A stretch of DNA of 64,000 nucleotides from Edaphobacter sp. (GCA_965277335.1 CBDICJ010000007.1:155780-219779), one strand, 5' to 3'. Counted from the first letter of the stretch, positions 52,257 through 63,701 are shown. Notes: generated by a model from the letters alone, not told the origin. Made by a program: numbers and translations.

Positions 52257-54314
52257 ATGGAGCCTATGAAACCTGTCGAAGGGCGCAAGCGTGTCGTCAT
52301 AGAAGAAGTTCAGCCACAGGTAGACTGCGGCCGCTATCCTGCAAAACGCATTATCGGCGACGTCGTCAGCATATCGGCCGCCGTCTTCGGGGATGGACAC
52401 GACCACGTCGCGGGCCGCCTGCTCTATCGAGCCGGTAAAGAAGACGGCTGGCGTTCCATCGCTCTTACTCCCCTCAGCAACGACCTATGGACTGCCAGCT
52501 TCACGGTCGACCGTCTCGGCGACTGGCGCTACACTCTCGAAGCCTGGATCGACCATTTCGACACCTGGTGCGACGACCTGAAGAAGCGTCTCGCCGCGCA
52601 GCCAACGCCCGACGCACAGACCCCGGCCACCGAAGCGCAGGACATTCCTCTCGCTCTCCGCTCCGGCGCTCTTCTGCTGGAGCAGGCCGCGCATCGCGCC
52701 AAAGACCCCCACAAGACCCTGCTCGCCGACGCGGCAGCCAATCTAAACCAACTCGCGGACCGCAACTCCGCCGCGTATGAATATCCCATCTCCGCCGAGG
52801 TCGCCGAAGCAGCCGCGCTCTATCCTGACCCCACCTTGATCACCCGCTACGCGCAGGAGCTGCCTCTGTGGGTTGACCGCGAGCGGGCGCGCTACTCGAC
52901 CTGGTACGAACTCTTTCCCCGCTCCGCAGCGCCTGCGGCGATGGAGGGCGGCGCCATTCGCCACGGCACCTTCGCCGACGTGCAGGCGCTTCTGCCCGAG
53001 ATCGCCGCGATGGGCTTCGACGTCGTTTATCTGCCGCCGATCAGCCCTATCGGCAACGCCTACCGCAAGGGCCGCAATAACAGCGTCACCGCAAACGCAG
53101 ATGACCCGGGGAGCACCTGGGCAATCGGCTCTAAAGAGGGCGGTCATAAATCCATTCTGCCCGAGCTCGGCACGCTGCGCGACTTCAAGGGACTCGTCGC
53201 CGTTGCCCGCGATCACGCGATGGAGCTCGCGCTTGACATCGCATTCCAGTGCTCGCCGGATCACCCCTGGGTCGCCGAGCATCCCGAGTGGTTCATCATT
53301 CGCCCGGACGGCTCCATTCAGTACGCGGAAAATCCGCCGAAGAAATATCAGGACATCTATCCGCTCAACTTCGAATCTTCCAACTGGCGCGGCCTATGGG
53401 AGGCGCTCCGCGACGTCTTTGCCTACTGGATACGCCAGGGCGTTCGCATCTTTCGCGTCGACAATCCCCACACCAAGGCTCTGCCGTTCTGGGAGTGGTG
53501 CATCGCCGATCTCCACGTCAAATACCCCGACGTGCTTTTCCTCGCCGAAGCCTTCACTCGCCCGCACGTCATGTACTCGCTGGCGAAGGCCGGCTTTACC
53601 CAGTCCTATACCTATTTCACCTGGCGCACCACCAAGGCCGAGCTGCAGCAGTATTTCGAGGAGATCACCAAGCCGCCGGTGACCGATTTCTTCCACCCGA
53701 ACCTCTGGCCGAACACCCCGGACATTCTCCACGCCACGCTCCAGACGGGAGGCCGTCCCGCCTTTATGCAGCGCGTGATTCTGGCTGCTACGCTGGGCGC
53801 GAACTACGGCATCTATGGACCGGCCTACGAGCTCGGCGAAAATCTTCCCGCCAAGCCCGGCAGCGAAGAGTATCTCAACAGCGAAAAATACGAGATTCGG
53901 CAATGGGACCGCACCGCGAGCCACAGCATCGCGCCTCTGATCACGAATCTCAACCGCATCCGCCGCGAAAATCCTGCGCTGCAGAACGATATCTCGCTGC
54001 ACTTCCACAATGTCGATAATCCGAACGTCCTCTGCTACAGCAAGTGCGCCGACAACAATCGCATTCTGGTCGCCGTCAACCTCGATCCCACGCAGGAACA
54101 GGCGGGCTGGATCGACCTCAACCTGAAAGAACTCGGCGTGCCGCACAACCAGAACTTCGATGTGGAGGATCTTCTCACCGGCATCCATTACCAGTGGCAC
54201 GATCGCAGCAACTATGTCGCGCTGCGCCCTGATGTCATGCCCGCCCACATCTTCCGTGTCACTATTCCAAGTCCCGCTGCTATGTCATCGGAGGCCGAAC
54301 CAAGCAAGGCCTAA
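52257..54314 (+). CDS. glgE: Alpha-1,4-glucan:maltose-1-phosphate maltosyltransferase GlgE
   Basis: N-terminal VIEEVQPQVDCGRYPAKR..GDVV.., YSTWYELFPRS, FRVDNPHTK, and GH13_3-type catalytic core. Confidence 0.92.
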   Translation: MEPMKPVEGRKRVVIEEVQPQVDCGRYPAKRIIGDVVSISAAVFGDGHDHVAGRLLYRAGKEDGWRSIALTPLSNDLWTASFTVDRLGDWRYTLEAWIDHFDTWCDDLKKRLAAQPTPDAQTPATEAQDIPLALRSGALLLEQAAHRAKDPHKTLLADAAANLNQLADRNSAAYEYPISAEVAEAAALYPDPTLITRYAQELPLWVDRERARYSTWYELFPRSAAPAAMEGGAIRHGTFADVQALLPEIAAMGFDVVYLPPISPIGNAYRKGRNNSVTANADDPGSTWAIGSKEGGHKSILPELGTLRDFKGLVAVARDHAMELALDIAFQCSPDHPWVAEHPEWFIIRPDGSIQYAENPPKKYQDIYPLNFESSNWRGLWEALRDVFAYWIRQGVRIFRVDNPHTKALPFWEWCIADLHVKYPDVLFLAEAFTRPHVMYSLAKAGFTQSYTYFTWRTTKAELQQYFEEITKPPVTDFFHPNLWPNTPDILHATLQTGGRPAFMQRVILAATLGANYGIYGPAYELGENLPAKPGSEEYLNSEKYEIRQWDRTASHSIAPLITNLNRIRRENPALQNDISLHFHNVDNPNVLCYSKCADNNRILVAVNLDPTQEQAGWIDLNLKELGVPHNQNFDVEDLLTGIHYQWHDRSNYVALRPDVMPAHIFRVTIPSPAAMSSEAEPSKA

Positions 54315-54438
54315 CACCGATTTCAGCGATTCAAGACACGATGAGGAGACATGCGCACGGCCGTTTTTTCTCATGCTTTTGTCTTCTTGTTTTCAAGCGT
54401 TCCTCCGCGCCAATGCGCGGTTGTTAATTATTAAGTTT

Positions 54439-54471
54439 GATCGGTATCATCGGTGAAGATCGGCGTTAAGC
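54439..54471. repeat. Repeat module E, copy E2
   Basis: GATCGGTATCATCGGTGAAGATCGGCGTTAAGC. Confidence 0.75.
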
Positions 54472-54537
54472 ATTCTCTTCTCCTCATCCCGCATACAATC
54501 ATGCAAGGCAGCAAGCGACACACAAGGACGATCACGA

Positions 54538-57500
54538 GTGAAGAAAATCGGCAGCGCCACGGATCCGCTTTGGTATAAAGACGCAATCATCTACGAGCTT
54601 CACGTCCGCGCCTTCCAGGACTCGAATGCCGACGGCATCGGCGACTTCCCCGGTCTCATGTCGCGGCTCGACTACCTGCAGGATCTTGGCGTCACCTGCA
54701 TTTGGCTCTTGCCTTTCTTCCCGTCGCCCCTGCGCGACGACGGCTACGACATTGCCAACTACGTCGACGTTAATCCCAGCTACGGCACGCTGAACGACTT
54801 CAAGCTGTTCCTGGACGCCGCCCATCAGCGCGGGATGCAGGTGATGATCGAGCTGGTGATCAATCACACCAGCGATCAGCACCCGTGGTTCCAGGCGGCG
54901 CGGCTGGCGCCCAAAGGCTCGCCCGAGCGCGAGATGTACGTCTGGAGCGATACCGACAAGCTCTACGAAGGCGTTCGCATCATCTTCACCGATACTGAAA
55001 AGAGCAACTGGACCTGGGACGATGTGGCCCAGCAGTACTACTGGCATCGCTTCTTCTCGCATCAGCCCGACCTCAACTTCGACAACCCGCGCGTGATGGA
55101 AGAGGTGCTCGAAGCCATGCGCTTCTGGCTGGATATGGGCGTCGACGCGCTCCGCCTGGATGCCATTCCCTATCTTGTCGAGCGCGACGGCACCAGTTGT
55201 GAAAACGTTCCGGAGACCCACGTCAAGATCAAAGAGATCCGCGCCGCGCTCGACGCCGAGTACGCCAACCGCACCATTCTTGCCGAGGCCAACATGTGGC
55301 CGGCCGACGTGCGCCCGTACTTCGGCGATGGCGACGAGTGCCAGATGGCCTTCCACTTCCCGCTGATGCCGCGCATCTACATGGCGCTGCGCCAGGAAGA
55401 CCGCCTCCCTATTACCGATATCATGGCGCAGACGCCAGCCATACCCGAGAGCTGTCAGTGGGGCCTCTTCCTGCGCAATCACGACGAGCTGACTCTGGAG
55501 ATGGTCTCCAACGACGAGCGCGACTACATGAACCTCGCCTACGCAGCCGATGCCCGCATGCGCATCAACGTAGGCATCCGCCGCCGCCTCGCGCCTCTGG
55601 TCGACAACAATCGCCGCCGCATCGAGCTGCTCAACTCGCTTCTGCTCAGCTTTCCCGGCACGCCGATTTTGTACTACGGGGACGAGATCGGCATGGGCGA
55701 TAACATCTATCTCGGCGACCGCAACGGCGTCCGGACGCCTATGCAGTGGAACTCCGACCGCAACGCCGGCTTCTCGAAGGCCGTGCCCGCGCAGCTCTAC
55801 TTTCCCGTCATCATGGATCCGATCTGGGGCTATCAGTCGATCAACGTCGAAGCGCAGCTCTCCGATCAGTCTTCGCTGCTGCACTGGACGCGCAACATGA
55901 TCGCGCTGCGCAAACTCTTCCATGTCTTCGGCCGCGGCACACAAGAGTTTCTCAACCCGGAAAACCGCAAGATTCTCGCCTACATCCGCCAGTATGACGA
56001 CGGTATTGTCAGCGGCAGCGAGACCATACTCTGCGTCGCGAACCTCTCCCGCTTCTCCCAGCCGGTCTGTCTGGACCTGAGCAAGTACGCCGGCATGATT
56101 CCCGTCGAGATGCTCGGCTATGTCACCTTTCCCACTATCACCGCGCAGGGCTATCCGCTGACGCTTGCGCCCTATTCCTTCCTGTGGCTGGAACTGCAAC
56201 CCGCGCCCGCAGTGCCCGAGCCGGTACACGTTCCCGAGGCAGACCCCATCCTGGAACTGATCGGTCATGGAATCGAAGGCATTCTCACCGGGCCTGGCGT
56301 CGATTTGCTGCAGCAGCTTCTGAAGACTTATCTTCCCCGGCAGCGCTGGTTCGGCGCCAAATCGCGCACGATCGAATCAGTTGCCGTCCGCGACTATGCC
56401 CGGCTGCCCGGCCTCAATGCCGCGCTGGTTTTTCTCAACCTCACCTACACCGACCAGACCGCCAACACCTACCAACTTCCGCTTGCCATCAGCACCGGGG
56501 AAGACGCGACCGCCACGCAAGCTGCCGACCCGGCCAGCATCGTAGCCACGGTTAGCACACCGAAGGGTCCGGCCATCCTGCACGATGCGGTTGCCTGCGA
56601 AGACGTGCGTCAGGCCATTCTCCGCCTCATCGAAACCGGCACCGAACTTCGCACCCGGTCTGGCATGCTGCGCGGCCATGCCAGCAGCGCCTTCGCCGAT
56701 CTGCGCGGCACCGATTCTCTTCCTGCGCGCACCGGGTCCGCCGAGCAGTCCAATACCTCCATCCTTTACGACGCCAAGCTTATTCTGAAGCTCTTTCGCC
56801 GCCTCGAACCTGGTGAAAATCCCGACACCGAGATTGGCCGCTTTCTCACCGAGACCGCACATTTCCCTCGCATCGCTCCGTTTCTCGGCGATATCACCCT
56901 CACCTCGGAGAGCGGCGAACCCACCACTGTAGCCATGCTGCAGGGCCTGGTTCAAAACGAAGGCGACGGCTGGCAGTGGACCCTCGACGAACTCTCTCAT
57001 TTCTACGACACTGTCGCGATTCTGCCGCCTCCATCCGACTCAGCAGAGTCGACATCCCGGACGGAGGCGGTGTCCTTCGCCGCCGCGAGTGAGGGATCTG
57101 CTCCTCTTTCCTCTGACTCCCTCATCCGCGAACACGCCTGGCTCTACCTGGACGCCGCCGCGCTGCTCGGCCGGCGCACGGCGGAGATGCACCTCGCCCT
57201 CGCGACCCCCACGCACAACCCGGCCTTTATGGCCGAGTGCTTTACCACCGCCGATCTCGTGGACGAAGCCGATCGTATCGACGCGCAGCTCTCCCGCAGC
57301 CTTGAAGCGCTGCGCCGAGGCATGTCGCAGCTCACCGAAACCACCGCCGACAATGCCGCTCTTGTCCTTAGCCGCCGCATCGAGCTCTTCGCCCGCGCCC
57401 GCGTCATCGCCTCCGCCACGCCTGTCGATGCCGGCCAGCGCATCCGCATTCACGGCGACTACCATCTCGGCCAGGTCCTCCGCGCTCGCGGCGACTTCGT

Positions 57501-57900
57501 CATCCTCGACTTCGAAGGCGAACCCGCCCGGTCGCTCTCTGCCCGCCGCGCCAAACAGTCTCCCTTGCGCGACGTTGCCGGAATGCTGCGCTCCTTCAGC
57601 TACGCCGCCTACTCCGGTCTCAATGCCTTCGCCCAGCGCCGTCCGCCAAACAGCGAAGCCGACACCAAGAGCCTCGAAGCGTGGGCCAAGCTTTGGCAGA
57701 ATGCCGTCTCGATCGAGTACCTCCGCGCCTACAGCTCCACCATTCAGGCCGCCGGCTCCGATCTCCTCCCACCGCCCGCGCAGGCACAGCTTCTGCTGGA
57801 CGCCTACCTGCTCGAAAAATCCCTGTACGAGCTGCTCTACGAACTGGACAACCGTCCAACCTGGGTCCGCATTCCTCTGGCCGGTATCCTCTCCCAGTAG
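54538..57900 (+). CDS. treS: Trehalose synthase/maltose alpha-D-glucosyltransferase fused to maltokinase (TreS-Pep2/Mak)
   Basis: WYKDAIIYELHVRAFQDSNADGIGDF, LDAIPYL, EANMWP, FLRNHDELTLE (TreS). C-terminal HGDYHLGQVL..DFVILDFEGEP..RDVAGMLRSFSYA (maltokinase). GTG start. Confidence 0.92.
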   Translation: MKKIGSATDPLWYKDAIIYELHVRAFQDSNADGIGDFPGLMSRLDYLQDLGVTCIWLLPFFPSPLRDDGYDIANYVDVNPSYGTLNDFKLFLDAAHQRGMQVMIELVINHTSDQHPWFQAARLAPKGSPEREMYVWSDTDKLYEGVRIIFTDTEKSNWTWDDVAQQYYWHRFFSHQPDLNFDNPRVMEEVLEAMRFWLDMGVDALRLDAIPYLVERDGTSCENVPETHVKIKEIRAALDAEYANRTILAEANMWPADVRPYFGDGDECQMAFHFPLMPRIYMALRQEDRLPITDIMAQTPAIPESCQWGLFLRNHDELTLEMVSNDERDYMNLAYAADARMRINVGIRRRLAPLVDNNRRRIELLNSLLLSFPGTPILYYGDEIGMGDNIYLGDRNGVRTPMQWNSDRNAGFSKAVPAQLYFPVIMDPIWGYQSINVEAQLSDQSSLLHWTRNMIALRKLFHVFGRGTQEFLNPENRKILAYIRQYDDGIVSGSETILCVANLSRFSQPVCLDLSKYAGMIPVEMLGYVTFPTITAQGYPLTLAPYSFLWLELQPAPAVPEPVHVPEADPILELIGHGIEGILTGPGVDLLQQLLKTYLPRQRWFGAKSRTIESVAVRDYARLPGLNAALVFLNLTYTDQTANTYQLPLAISTGEDATATQAADPASIVATVSTPKGPAILHDAVACEDVRQAILRLIETGTELRTRSGMLRGHASSAFADLRGTDSLPARTGSAEQSNTSILYDAKLILKLFRRLEPGENPDTEIGRFLTETAHFPRIAPFLGDITLTSESGEPTTVAMLQGLVQNEGDGWQWTLDELSHFYDTVAILPPPSDSAESTSRTEAVSFAAASEGSAPLSSDSLIREHAWLYLDAAALLGRRTAEMHLALATPTHNPAFMAECFTTADLVDEADRIDAQLSRSLEALRRGMSQLTETTADNAALVLSRRIELFARARVIASATPVDAGQRIRIHGDYHLGQVLRARGDFVILDFEGEPARSLSARRAKQSPLRDVAGMLRSFSYAAYSGLNAFAQRRPPNSEADTKSLEAWAKLWQNAVSIEYLRAYSSTIQAAGSDLLPPPAQAQLLLDAYLLEKSLYELLYELDNRPTWVRIPLAGILSQ

Positions 57901-58086
57901 CGGGCGATGCTTGCAGTCGAACAAAGGCGGTAAGAAAAACACCTGTAATCGTTTCGCGCTTCCGAAGCTTCTTCAGATTTTTCTCTTGCACTCATCGGAT
58001 TCGCCGGCTTCGTTGTGCCACGCAACTGCTTCGCAGCTGGAGATGCGCTACGACGATCTTCCCGACATCAGCCTGTCAAAGCAGGA

Positions 58087-58704
58087 TCAGCTATGTTCCG
58101 CCTCACGCTTCATTTTGAAGAGCGGGTCGAATCCTGCGATCGGGCCAAGACGACGCCGATTTGGCTCGACGGAGGTCAGAGCAGTCACCTCTCGCATCGA
58201 TCTATCGCTGCGCAAGGCGAGATCCTGATAGACAGCCGTGCCGGTCGTCTTCCAGGCGATCTCCTGCTCGGTAAGGCTACGGATTACCCTACCGGGCACC
58301 CCGGCCACCAGGCTGCGCGGGGGGACCTGCATATCCGCTTTTACAAACGCGAGCGCAGCAACGATACTCTCCTCGCCAATCACCGCGTTGTCCATGACGA
58401 CCGCATTCATGCCGATCATGGCGTTGCGTCCGATGCGGCAGCCATGCAGCACGACGCCATGCCCGACGTGGCCATTCTCTTCAATGATCGTGTCGCAGTT
58501 CGGAAATCCGTGCATGACGCAGGTGTCCTGGAGGTTGCTCCCCTGCTCAAGCATCAAGCGTCCGAAGTCGCCGCGCAGCACCGCGTTTGGGCCGATGTAG
58601 CAGCGTGGGCCGACAATGACATCGCCGATCAGCACGGCCGTAGGGTGAACATACGCCTGCACGTCGACCACTGGAACGATACCTTCGAATTCATAGATCT
58701 TCAT
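58087..58704 (-). CDS. paaY: Phenylacetic acid degradation protein PaaY (gamma-carbonic-anhydrase-like hexapeptide transferase)
   Basis: MKIYEFEGIVPVVD...YVHPTAVLIGDVIVG left-handed beta-helix repeats, positioned at the end of the paa cluster. Confidence 0.8.
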   Translation of the reverse strand: MKIYEFEGIVPVVDVQAYVHPTAVLIGDVIVGPRCYIGPNAVLRGDFGRLMLEQGSNLQDTCVMHGFPNCDTIIEENGHVGHGVVLHGCRIGRNAMIGMNAVVMDNAVIGEESIVAALAFVKADMQVPPRSLVAGVPGRVIRSLTEQEIAWKTTGTAVYQDLALRSDRSMREVTALTSVEPNRRRLGPIAGFDPLFKMKREAEHS

Positions 58705-58721
58705 CGCTCACCTGCTTCTGG

Positions 58722-59927
58722 TTAAACGCGCTCGAGTATGAGTGCGACTGCCTGCCCGACGCCGATGCACATGGTGCAGAGCCCGTAGCGTCCGTCGATC
58801 GCTTCCAACTGGTGGATCGCGGTGGTCACCAGCCGAGCTCCGGAGGCGCCGAGTGGATGGCCGATCGCGATGGCCCCGCCGTTCGGGTTGGTGCGCGGGT
58901 CGTCGTCGTGCAGGCCGAGATGACGGGTGACGGCTAGCGCCTGCGCCGCGAAGGCCTCGTTGAGTTCGATTGTATCCATCTGCGCCAGCGTCAGACCTGC
59001 GCGAGCCAACACCTTCGGCACAGCCAGCGCGGGTGCGAAGCCCATGATGCGAGGGGCAATTCCCGCAGCGGCTGCCGCTACCACGCGTGCGCGAGGCTTG
59101 AGTCCGTAAGCCTTCAAGCCGGCTTCGGAGGCGAGCAATACGGCGGCGGCTCCGTCATTGAGAGTCGATGCGTTTCCCGCGGTAACGGTGCCGTCGTGTT
59201 TTACGACTGGCTTGAGCCTGGCCAGTGCCTCCATGTTGCTTTCAGGACGCGGCTGCTCGTCCGCGGTGAACATGCGGCTTTCCCCTTTATGCTGATGCAC
59301 GGCAACATGTACGATTTGCGAATCGAAGAAACCGTCCTGGCTGGCTCTCGCCCAACGCTGCTGACTTCGCACCGCGAATGCATCCTGGTCGGCGCGCGAA
59401 ATGCCGAACTGCTCGGCGACGTTCTCGGCGGTTTCAGGCATGGAGTCAACGCCATACTGCGACTTGAAGGCCGGATTGATAAAGCGCCAGCCCAGAGTCG
59501 TGTCTTCGACTTTCGCCGCACGCGAAAATGCAAACTCAGCCTTGCCCATCACGAAGGGAGCTCGCGTCATGCTCTCGACGCCGCCCGCGATCAGCAGGTC
59601 GCCTTCCTTGCATTTGATAGCGCGCGCCGCCATCGCCACGGCGTCCAGACTGGATCCGCAAAGACGATTGACCGTGGTTGCCGGAACCTCAGCAGGCAAA
59701 CCCGCGAGCAAAGCGGCCATGCGAGCTACGTTGCGGTTATCTTCCCCGGCCTGATTCGCGCAGCCGTAGATCAGATCGTCGACGGCAGCCCAGGCGACTC
59801 CCGGGTTGCGATCCATCAGGGCTCTGATCGGGATTGCGGCAAGATCGTCGGCTCGCACCGCTGCCAGCGCGCCGCCATAACGGCCGAAAGGGGTACGAAC
59901 TGCGTCACAGATATAAGCGTGATTCAC
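58722..59927 (-). CDS. paaJ: 3-oxoadipyl-CoA / 3-oxo-5,6-dehydrosuberyl-CoA thiolase
   Basis: Thiolase motifs [11 protein letters not shown] (active Cys), [24 protein letters not shown], and CIGVGQA. paa context. Confidence 0.88.
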   Translation of the reverse strand: MNHAYICDAVRTPFGRYGGALAAVRADDLAAIPIRALMDRNPGVAWAAVDDLIYGCANQAGEDNRNVARMAALLAGLPAEVPATTVNRLCGSSLDAVAMAARAIKCKEGDLLIAGGVESMTRAPFVMGKAEFAFSRAAKVEDTTLGWRFINPAFKSQYGVDSMPETAENVAEQFGISRADQDAFAVRSQQRWARASQDGFFDSQIVHVAVHQHKGESRMFTADEQPRPESNMEALARLKPVVKHDGTVTAGNASTLNDGAAAVLLASEAGLKAYGLKPRARVVAAAAAGIAPRIMGFAPALAVPKVLARAGLTLAQMDTIELNEAFAAQALAVTRHLGLHDDDPRTNPNGGAIAIGHPLGASGARLVTTAIHQLEAIDGRYGLCTMCIGVGQAVALILERV

Positions 59928-59976
59928 GTTGATAACGCTCCGAGGCAGGATGCCCTGAGTTCACTTGCCAAAACGG

Positions 59977-61317
59977 TTAATGACTACTGTTGCGATTATC
60001 GATGACTCGGCACGCCTTGCCGGCGGAACGGCCGAGCTTCCAAGGTTCGGCCAGCATGACCTCGACACTGATGCCGACGTTGGTCTTCACTTGCTGCCGC
60101 AGCCGGGATGTAAGTTGGGCCTTTCGCTCCGGCGTAAGCTGCGAGACCGCATCCGGCTTGAGCTCGACGGTCACGCTCATCCGGTCGAGATTGCCCAGCT
60201 TGGAGATTTCAATGAGGTAGTGCGCGGAGACTTCGGGACAGGAGAGCATGATCTCCTCGATCTGCGTGGGGAACACGTTGACTCCGCGAATGATCAGCAT
60301 ATCGTCCGAGCGTCCCGTGATCTTGTCCATACGGCGCATGGATCGCGAGGTGGGCGGAAGAAGACGCGTGAGGTCGCGCGTGCGGTAACGGATGACGGGC
60401 AGAGCCTGCTTGGTAAGAGTCGTGAGTACCAGCTCTCCGGGAGAGCCGTCGGGCAGCACTTCGCCTGTGACCGGGTCAATGACCTCGGGATAGAAATGAT
60501 CTTCCCAGATGACGGGACCGTCCTTGCTCTCGATACATTCGCTGGCGACTCCGGGCCCCATGACCTCGGAGAGGCCGTAGATATCGAGTGCATCAATTCC
60601 GGCCCGTGTTTCCAGCTCGCGGCGCAGCGCGTTGGTCCAGGGCTCGGCGCCGAAGATGCCGACTTTGAGAGACGATGCCCTGCAATCCAGTCCCTGGCGG
60701 GCGAACTCATCGATGATGTTGAGCATGTACGAAGGCGTCACCATGATGATATCGGGCTGAAGGTCTTGAATCAGTTGAACCTGTTTTTCGGTCTGACCGC
60801 CAGACATCGGTATGACGGTGCAGCCGGCGCGTTCGGCGCCATAGTGCGCTCCTAAGCCGCCTGTGAACAGACCGTACCCATAGGCAATGTGGATCGTATC
60901 GCCAGGACGGCCTCCCGCAGCCCGAATACTGCGGGCGACCAGACTGGCCCAGGTGTCGATGTCGTCCGCGGTGTAGCCGACGATCGTGGGTTTTCCGGTG
61001 GTGCCGCTCGAGGCGTGAATACGACTTACCTGCGCGCGCGGCACCGCGAACATGCCGAAGGGATAGTTCTCCCGCAGGTCGTGCTTTGCGGTAAATGGAA
61101 AGCGGCTTAGATCCGAGAGATGACGCAGGTCGTCCGGATGCACGCCCGCAGCATCAAAGCTGCGCCGGTAGTGCTCGACACTGGCATAGACGCGCTGCAG
61201 CGTGGACTTAAGGCGCTTGAGCTGTAGAGCCTGAATCTCGTCACGACTCGCTCTTTCCATTGGCTCCAGGTCGGCAGCCGAAGAGTGCTTCACAGGCATG
61301 AGTCTTCTCTCGGGCAA
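59977..61317 (-). CDS. paaK: Phenylacetate-CoA ligase
   Basis: RIHASSGTTGKPT AMP-binding motif, ~440 aa, PaaK-type N-terminus (LQLKRLKSTLQRVY), and C-terminal ..GKACRVIDNR. Start may be at a downstream ATG. Confidence 0.88.
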   Translation of the reverse strand: MPERRLMPVKHSSAADLEPMERASRDEIQALQLKRLKSTLQRVYASVEHYRRSFDAAGVHPDDLRHLSDLSRFPFTAKHDLRENYPFGMFAVPRAQVSRIHASSGTTGKPTIVGYTADDIDTWASLVARSIRAAGGRPGDTIHIAYGYGLFTGGLGAHYGAERAGCTVIPMSGGQTEKQVQLIQDLQPDIIMVTPSYMLNIIDEFARQGLDCRASSLKVGIFGAEPWTNALRRELETRAGIDALDIYGLSEVMGPGVASECIESKDGPVIWEDHFYPEVIDPVTGEVLPDGSPGELVLTTLTKQALPVIRYRTRDLTRLLPPTSRSMRRMDKITGRSDDMLIIRGVNVFPTQIEEIMLSCPEVSAHYLIEISKLGNLDRMSVTVELKPDAVSQLTPERKAQLTSRLRQQVKTNVGISVEVMLAEPWKLGRSAGKACRVIDNRNSSH

Positions 61318-61357
61318 AGCTTACAGATATCTTCCGCGACCATTCTTGCATTGAATA

Positions 61358-62920
61358 TCAAATTTTCTCCTGCACTTCCGCGCTGAATCGCGCGTTCGCT
61401 AGCGCTTTGCGTCGCAGCAGCGGAGAGACACGGTAACGGTCTTCGCCGTAGGCTTCGGCGAGATTGTCGAGCGCGGCGACGACCCCACGCAGTCCCAGCA
61501 AGTCCGCCCATTCGAGCGGGCCGCGCGGATAGTTCACGCCTTTGCGCATTGCAAGATCGCAGTCGGCAGCGCTGCAGACGCGTTGGTTGACGGCATCCGC
61601 CGCTTCGTTGGCCAGCATGGCGACCGTGCGAAGCACGATCATTCCGGGGACGTCATCGATGGCCGAGACCTGGTATCCCGCGGCTTGCAGCAGCCCTGCG
61701 GCGGCTTCGAGCGCCGACGGCTCACTCTGGTCGGACGCAGTGATGGCGAGTCGCGTGGCTGAGGCATAATCCAGCGCAAGGTCGACCAGTACGGAATCTG
61801 CAACTCCGGTGGCTGCAGAACGTGCCGTCGCTGTGCGCCCGTCACAAGGAAAGATTACGCCTGATTTGCAATCCAGAATTCGTCCGTCGTCGTGGTCTTC
61901 CAAGTGCTCCAGCTTGACGCCTGCTGTTGCCAACCGCTGCGCTAGAGCTTTGGCCAGAGAGCCGTGGCCGAAGAGGCGGACCTGCGCAGGCGCCCGGCAT
62001 GGCTCGCAGGTTTGCGGCAAGATCGCGGGCGCGGCGTCGTCATAGCGGTAAAAACCGCGACCAGTCTTGCGGCCAAGATATCCTGCCTCCACCAGCTCCA
62101 GTTGCAGCAGAGATGGCGTGAAGCGCGAGTCGCCGTAGAAGGCTTCGAAGACCGAGCGTGTGACCGCATAGTTCACATCGTGTCCAATAAGATCCATCAG
62201 TTCAAATGGTCCCATGCGGAAGCCGCCCGACTCGCGCATGATCGCATCGATGGTTGCGAAGTCGGCCGCGCCTTCGTTCAAGACGCGCAGCGCCTCTGCA
62301 TAGAACGGTCGAGCGACACGATTAACGATGAAACCCGGCGTGGATCGCCCGTGCACCGGAGCTTTACCCCACGCCTTCGCGGTGGCATAGCCGATAGCCG
62401 CCGTTTCAGCCGAGGTCGCCGCACCCGAGATAATCTCGACGAGCGGCATCAGAGGCGCTGGATTGAAGAAGTGCATTCCGAAGAATCGCTTCGGATGATG
62501 CAGCGCTGAACCGATAGCGGTCACCGAGATCGAAGAGGTGTTGGTCGCAAGCAGCGCGCCGCGGTCGATGATCTCTTCCACACTGCGGAACAGAACGCGT
62601 TTGGCTTCGAGGTCTTCGACGATCGCTTCGAGAATCAGGCCGCAGCCGGCAAAGCCATCGAGCGAGTCAACCGGGCGCAGACCCTGCTGCAGGGCCATCG
62701 CCTGATCCGATGTAGCGCGTCCTTTGCTGACAAGTTTGTGAACTATTGTTGCGATCCCCTCAATTGCTGCCTGCGCGGCGCCGGGTCGGGTGTCGAACAG
62801 TCTTACAGGATGGCCCGCCAACGCGGCGACCTGCGCGATGCCGGCTCCCATTGCGCCTGCGCCGGCAATCCCTATGGCTGCACTGGGGTCAATGGATCGG
62901 AACGCCTGCTCAGCGACCAT
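61358..62920 (-). CDS. paaH: 3-hydroxyadipyl-CoA dehydrogenase (3-hydroxyacyl-CoA dehydrogenase, duplicated C-domain)
   Basis: IGIAGAGAMGAGIAQVAA Rossmann motif and HFFNPAPLMPLVEI. paa context. Overlaps paaG by 11 nt. Confidence 0.85.
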   Translation of the reverse strand: MVAEQAFRSIDPSAAIGIAGAGAMGAGIAQVAALAGHPVRLFDTRPGAAQAAIEGIATIVHKLVSKGRATSDQAMALQQGLRPVDSLDGFAGCGLILEAIVEDLEAKRVLFRSVEEIIDRGALLATNTSSISVTAIGSALHHPKRFFGMHFFNPAPLMPLVEIISGAATSAETAAIGYATAKAWGKAPVHGRSTPGFIVNRVARPFYAEALRVLNEGAADFATIDAIMRESGGFRMGPFELMDLIGHDVNYAVTRSVFEAFYGDSRFTPSLLQLELVEAGYLGRKTGRGFYRYDDAAPAILPQTCEPCRAPAQVRLFGHGSLAKALAQRLATAGVKLEHLEDHDDGRILDCKSGVIFPCDGRTATARSAATGVADSVLVDLALDYASATRLAITASDQSEPSALEAAAGLLQAAGYQVSAIDDVPGMIVLRTVAMLANEAADAVNQRVCSAADCDLAMRKGVNYPRGPLEWADLLGLRGVVAALDNLAEAYGEDRYRVSPLLRRKALANARFSAEVQEKI

Positions 62921-63701
62921 GGAATACCGGGGCGCGCTTTTCCAGGAACGCCTCTACTCCCTCACGGAAGTCTTCGCTGGAGCCGAGCTCGCGCATCGCA
63001 TCGCGCTCTACGGCAAGCTGCTCAGCCAGCGTGGCGCCGGCGCTTGCGTAGACCGCGCGCTTGGCGCCGGCCAGGCCGAGGGTCGGGGCATGAGCGAGGT
63101 GCTGCACAAGCTTCTCCGTCTCGGCGTCAAAGGCCTCATCGTCGCAGCACTTCCAGATCAGGCCCCACGCAGCGGCCTGCTCGGCGGTGAGCTTGTCTCC
63201 GAGCAGCGCCAAGCCCATCGCCCGCGCGGTGCCCACCAGCCGCGGCAGAAAAAACGTGCCGCCGGTATCCGGGATCAGACCCAGCTTCGCGAACGACTGG
63301 ATGAAGCTGGCCGACTTCTTCGCCAGGACGATGTCGCATGCCAGGGCCAGGTTAGCCCCCGCGCCCGCAGCCACGCCGTTGACCGCGCACACCACCGGCA
63401 GTGGCAGCGCACGCAGCGCAAGCACCAGAGGCGCGTAGTACCGTTCGATGAAGGCTCCCAAATCGATGGTCTCGCCACCGGGCGCAACGGCTTGCTCTGC
63501 GAGATCCTGTCCGGCGCAGAAGCCTCGCCCGGCGCCCGTCAGCAGAAGCACCCGCACTTCCGGCTCGCTGCCCACGCGGGCCACTGCCTCGCGCAGCTCC
63601 TCGTGCATGGCAGCCGTGAAGCTGTTCAGCTTGTCCGGGCGATTGAGAGTGATCAGGGCGATACCGTCGGTGAGGTCGAAGAGAATGTTTGCGTAGCTCA
63701 T
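62910..63701 (-). CDS. paaG: 2-(1,2-epoxy-1,2-dihydrophenyl)acetyl-CoA isomerase (crotonase family)
   Basis: [37 protein letters not shown], FSKLGLIPDxGG, and REGVxAFLxKRxPxFxG. Collinear with E. coli PaaG as I remember it. Confidence 0.85.
   Translation of the reverse strand: MSYANILFDLTDGIALITLNRPDKLNSFTAAMHEELREAVARVGSEPEVRVLLLTGAGRGFCAGQDLAEQAVAPGGETIDLGAFIERYYAPLVLALRALPLPVVCAVNGVAAGAGANLALACDIVLAKKSASFIQSFAKLGLIPDTGGTFFLPRLVGTARAMGLALLGDKLTAEQAAAWGLIWKCCDDEAFDAETEKLVQHLAHAPTLGLAGAKRAVYASAGATLAEQLAVERDAMRELGSSEDFREGVEAFLEKRAPVFHGR

Noticed and set aside
54532-57942. 578-aa (54532-56268) and 300-aa (57040-57942) minus-strand ORFs
   Set aside because: They are antisense to treS-pep2, whose GH13 and maltokinase motifs are unambiguous on the plus strand.
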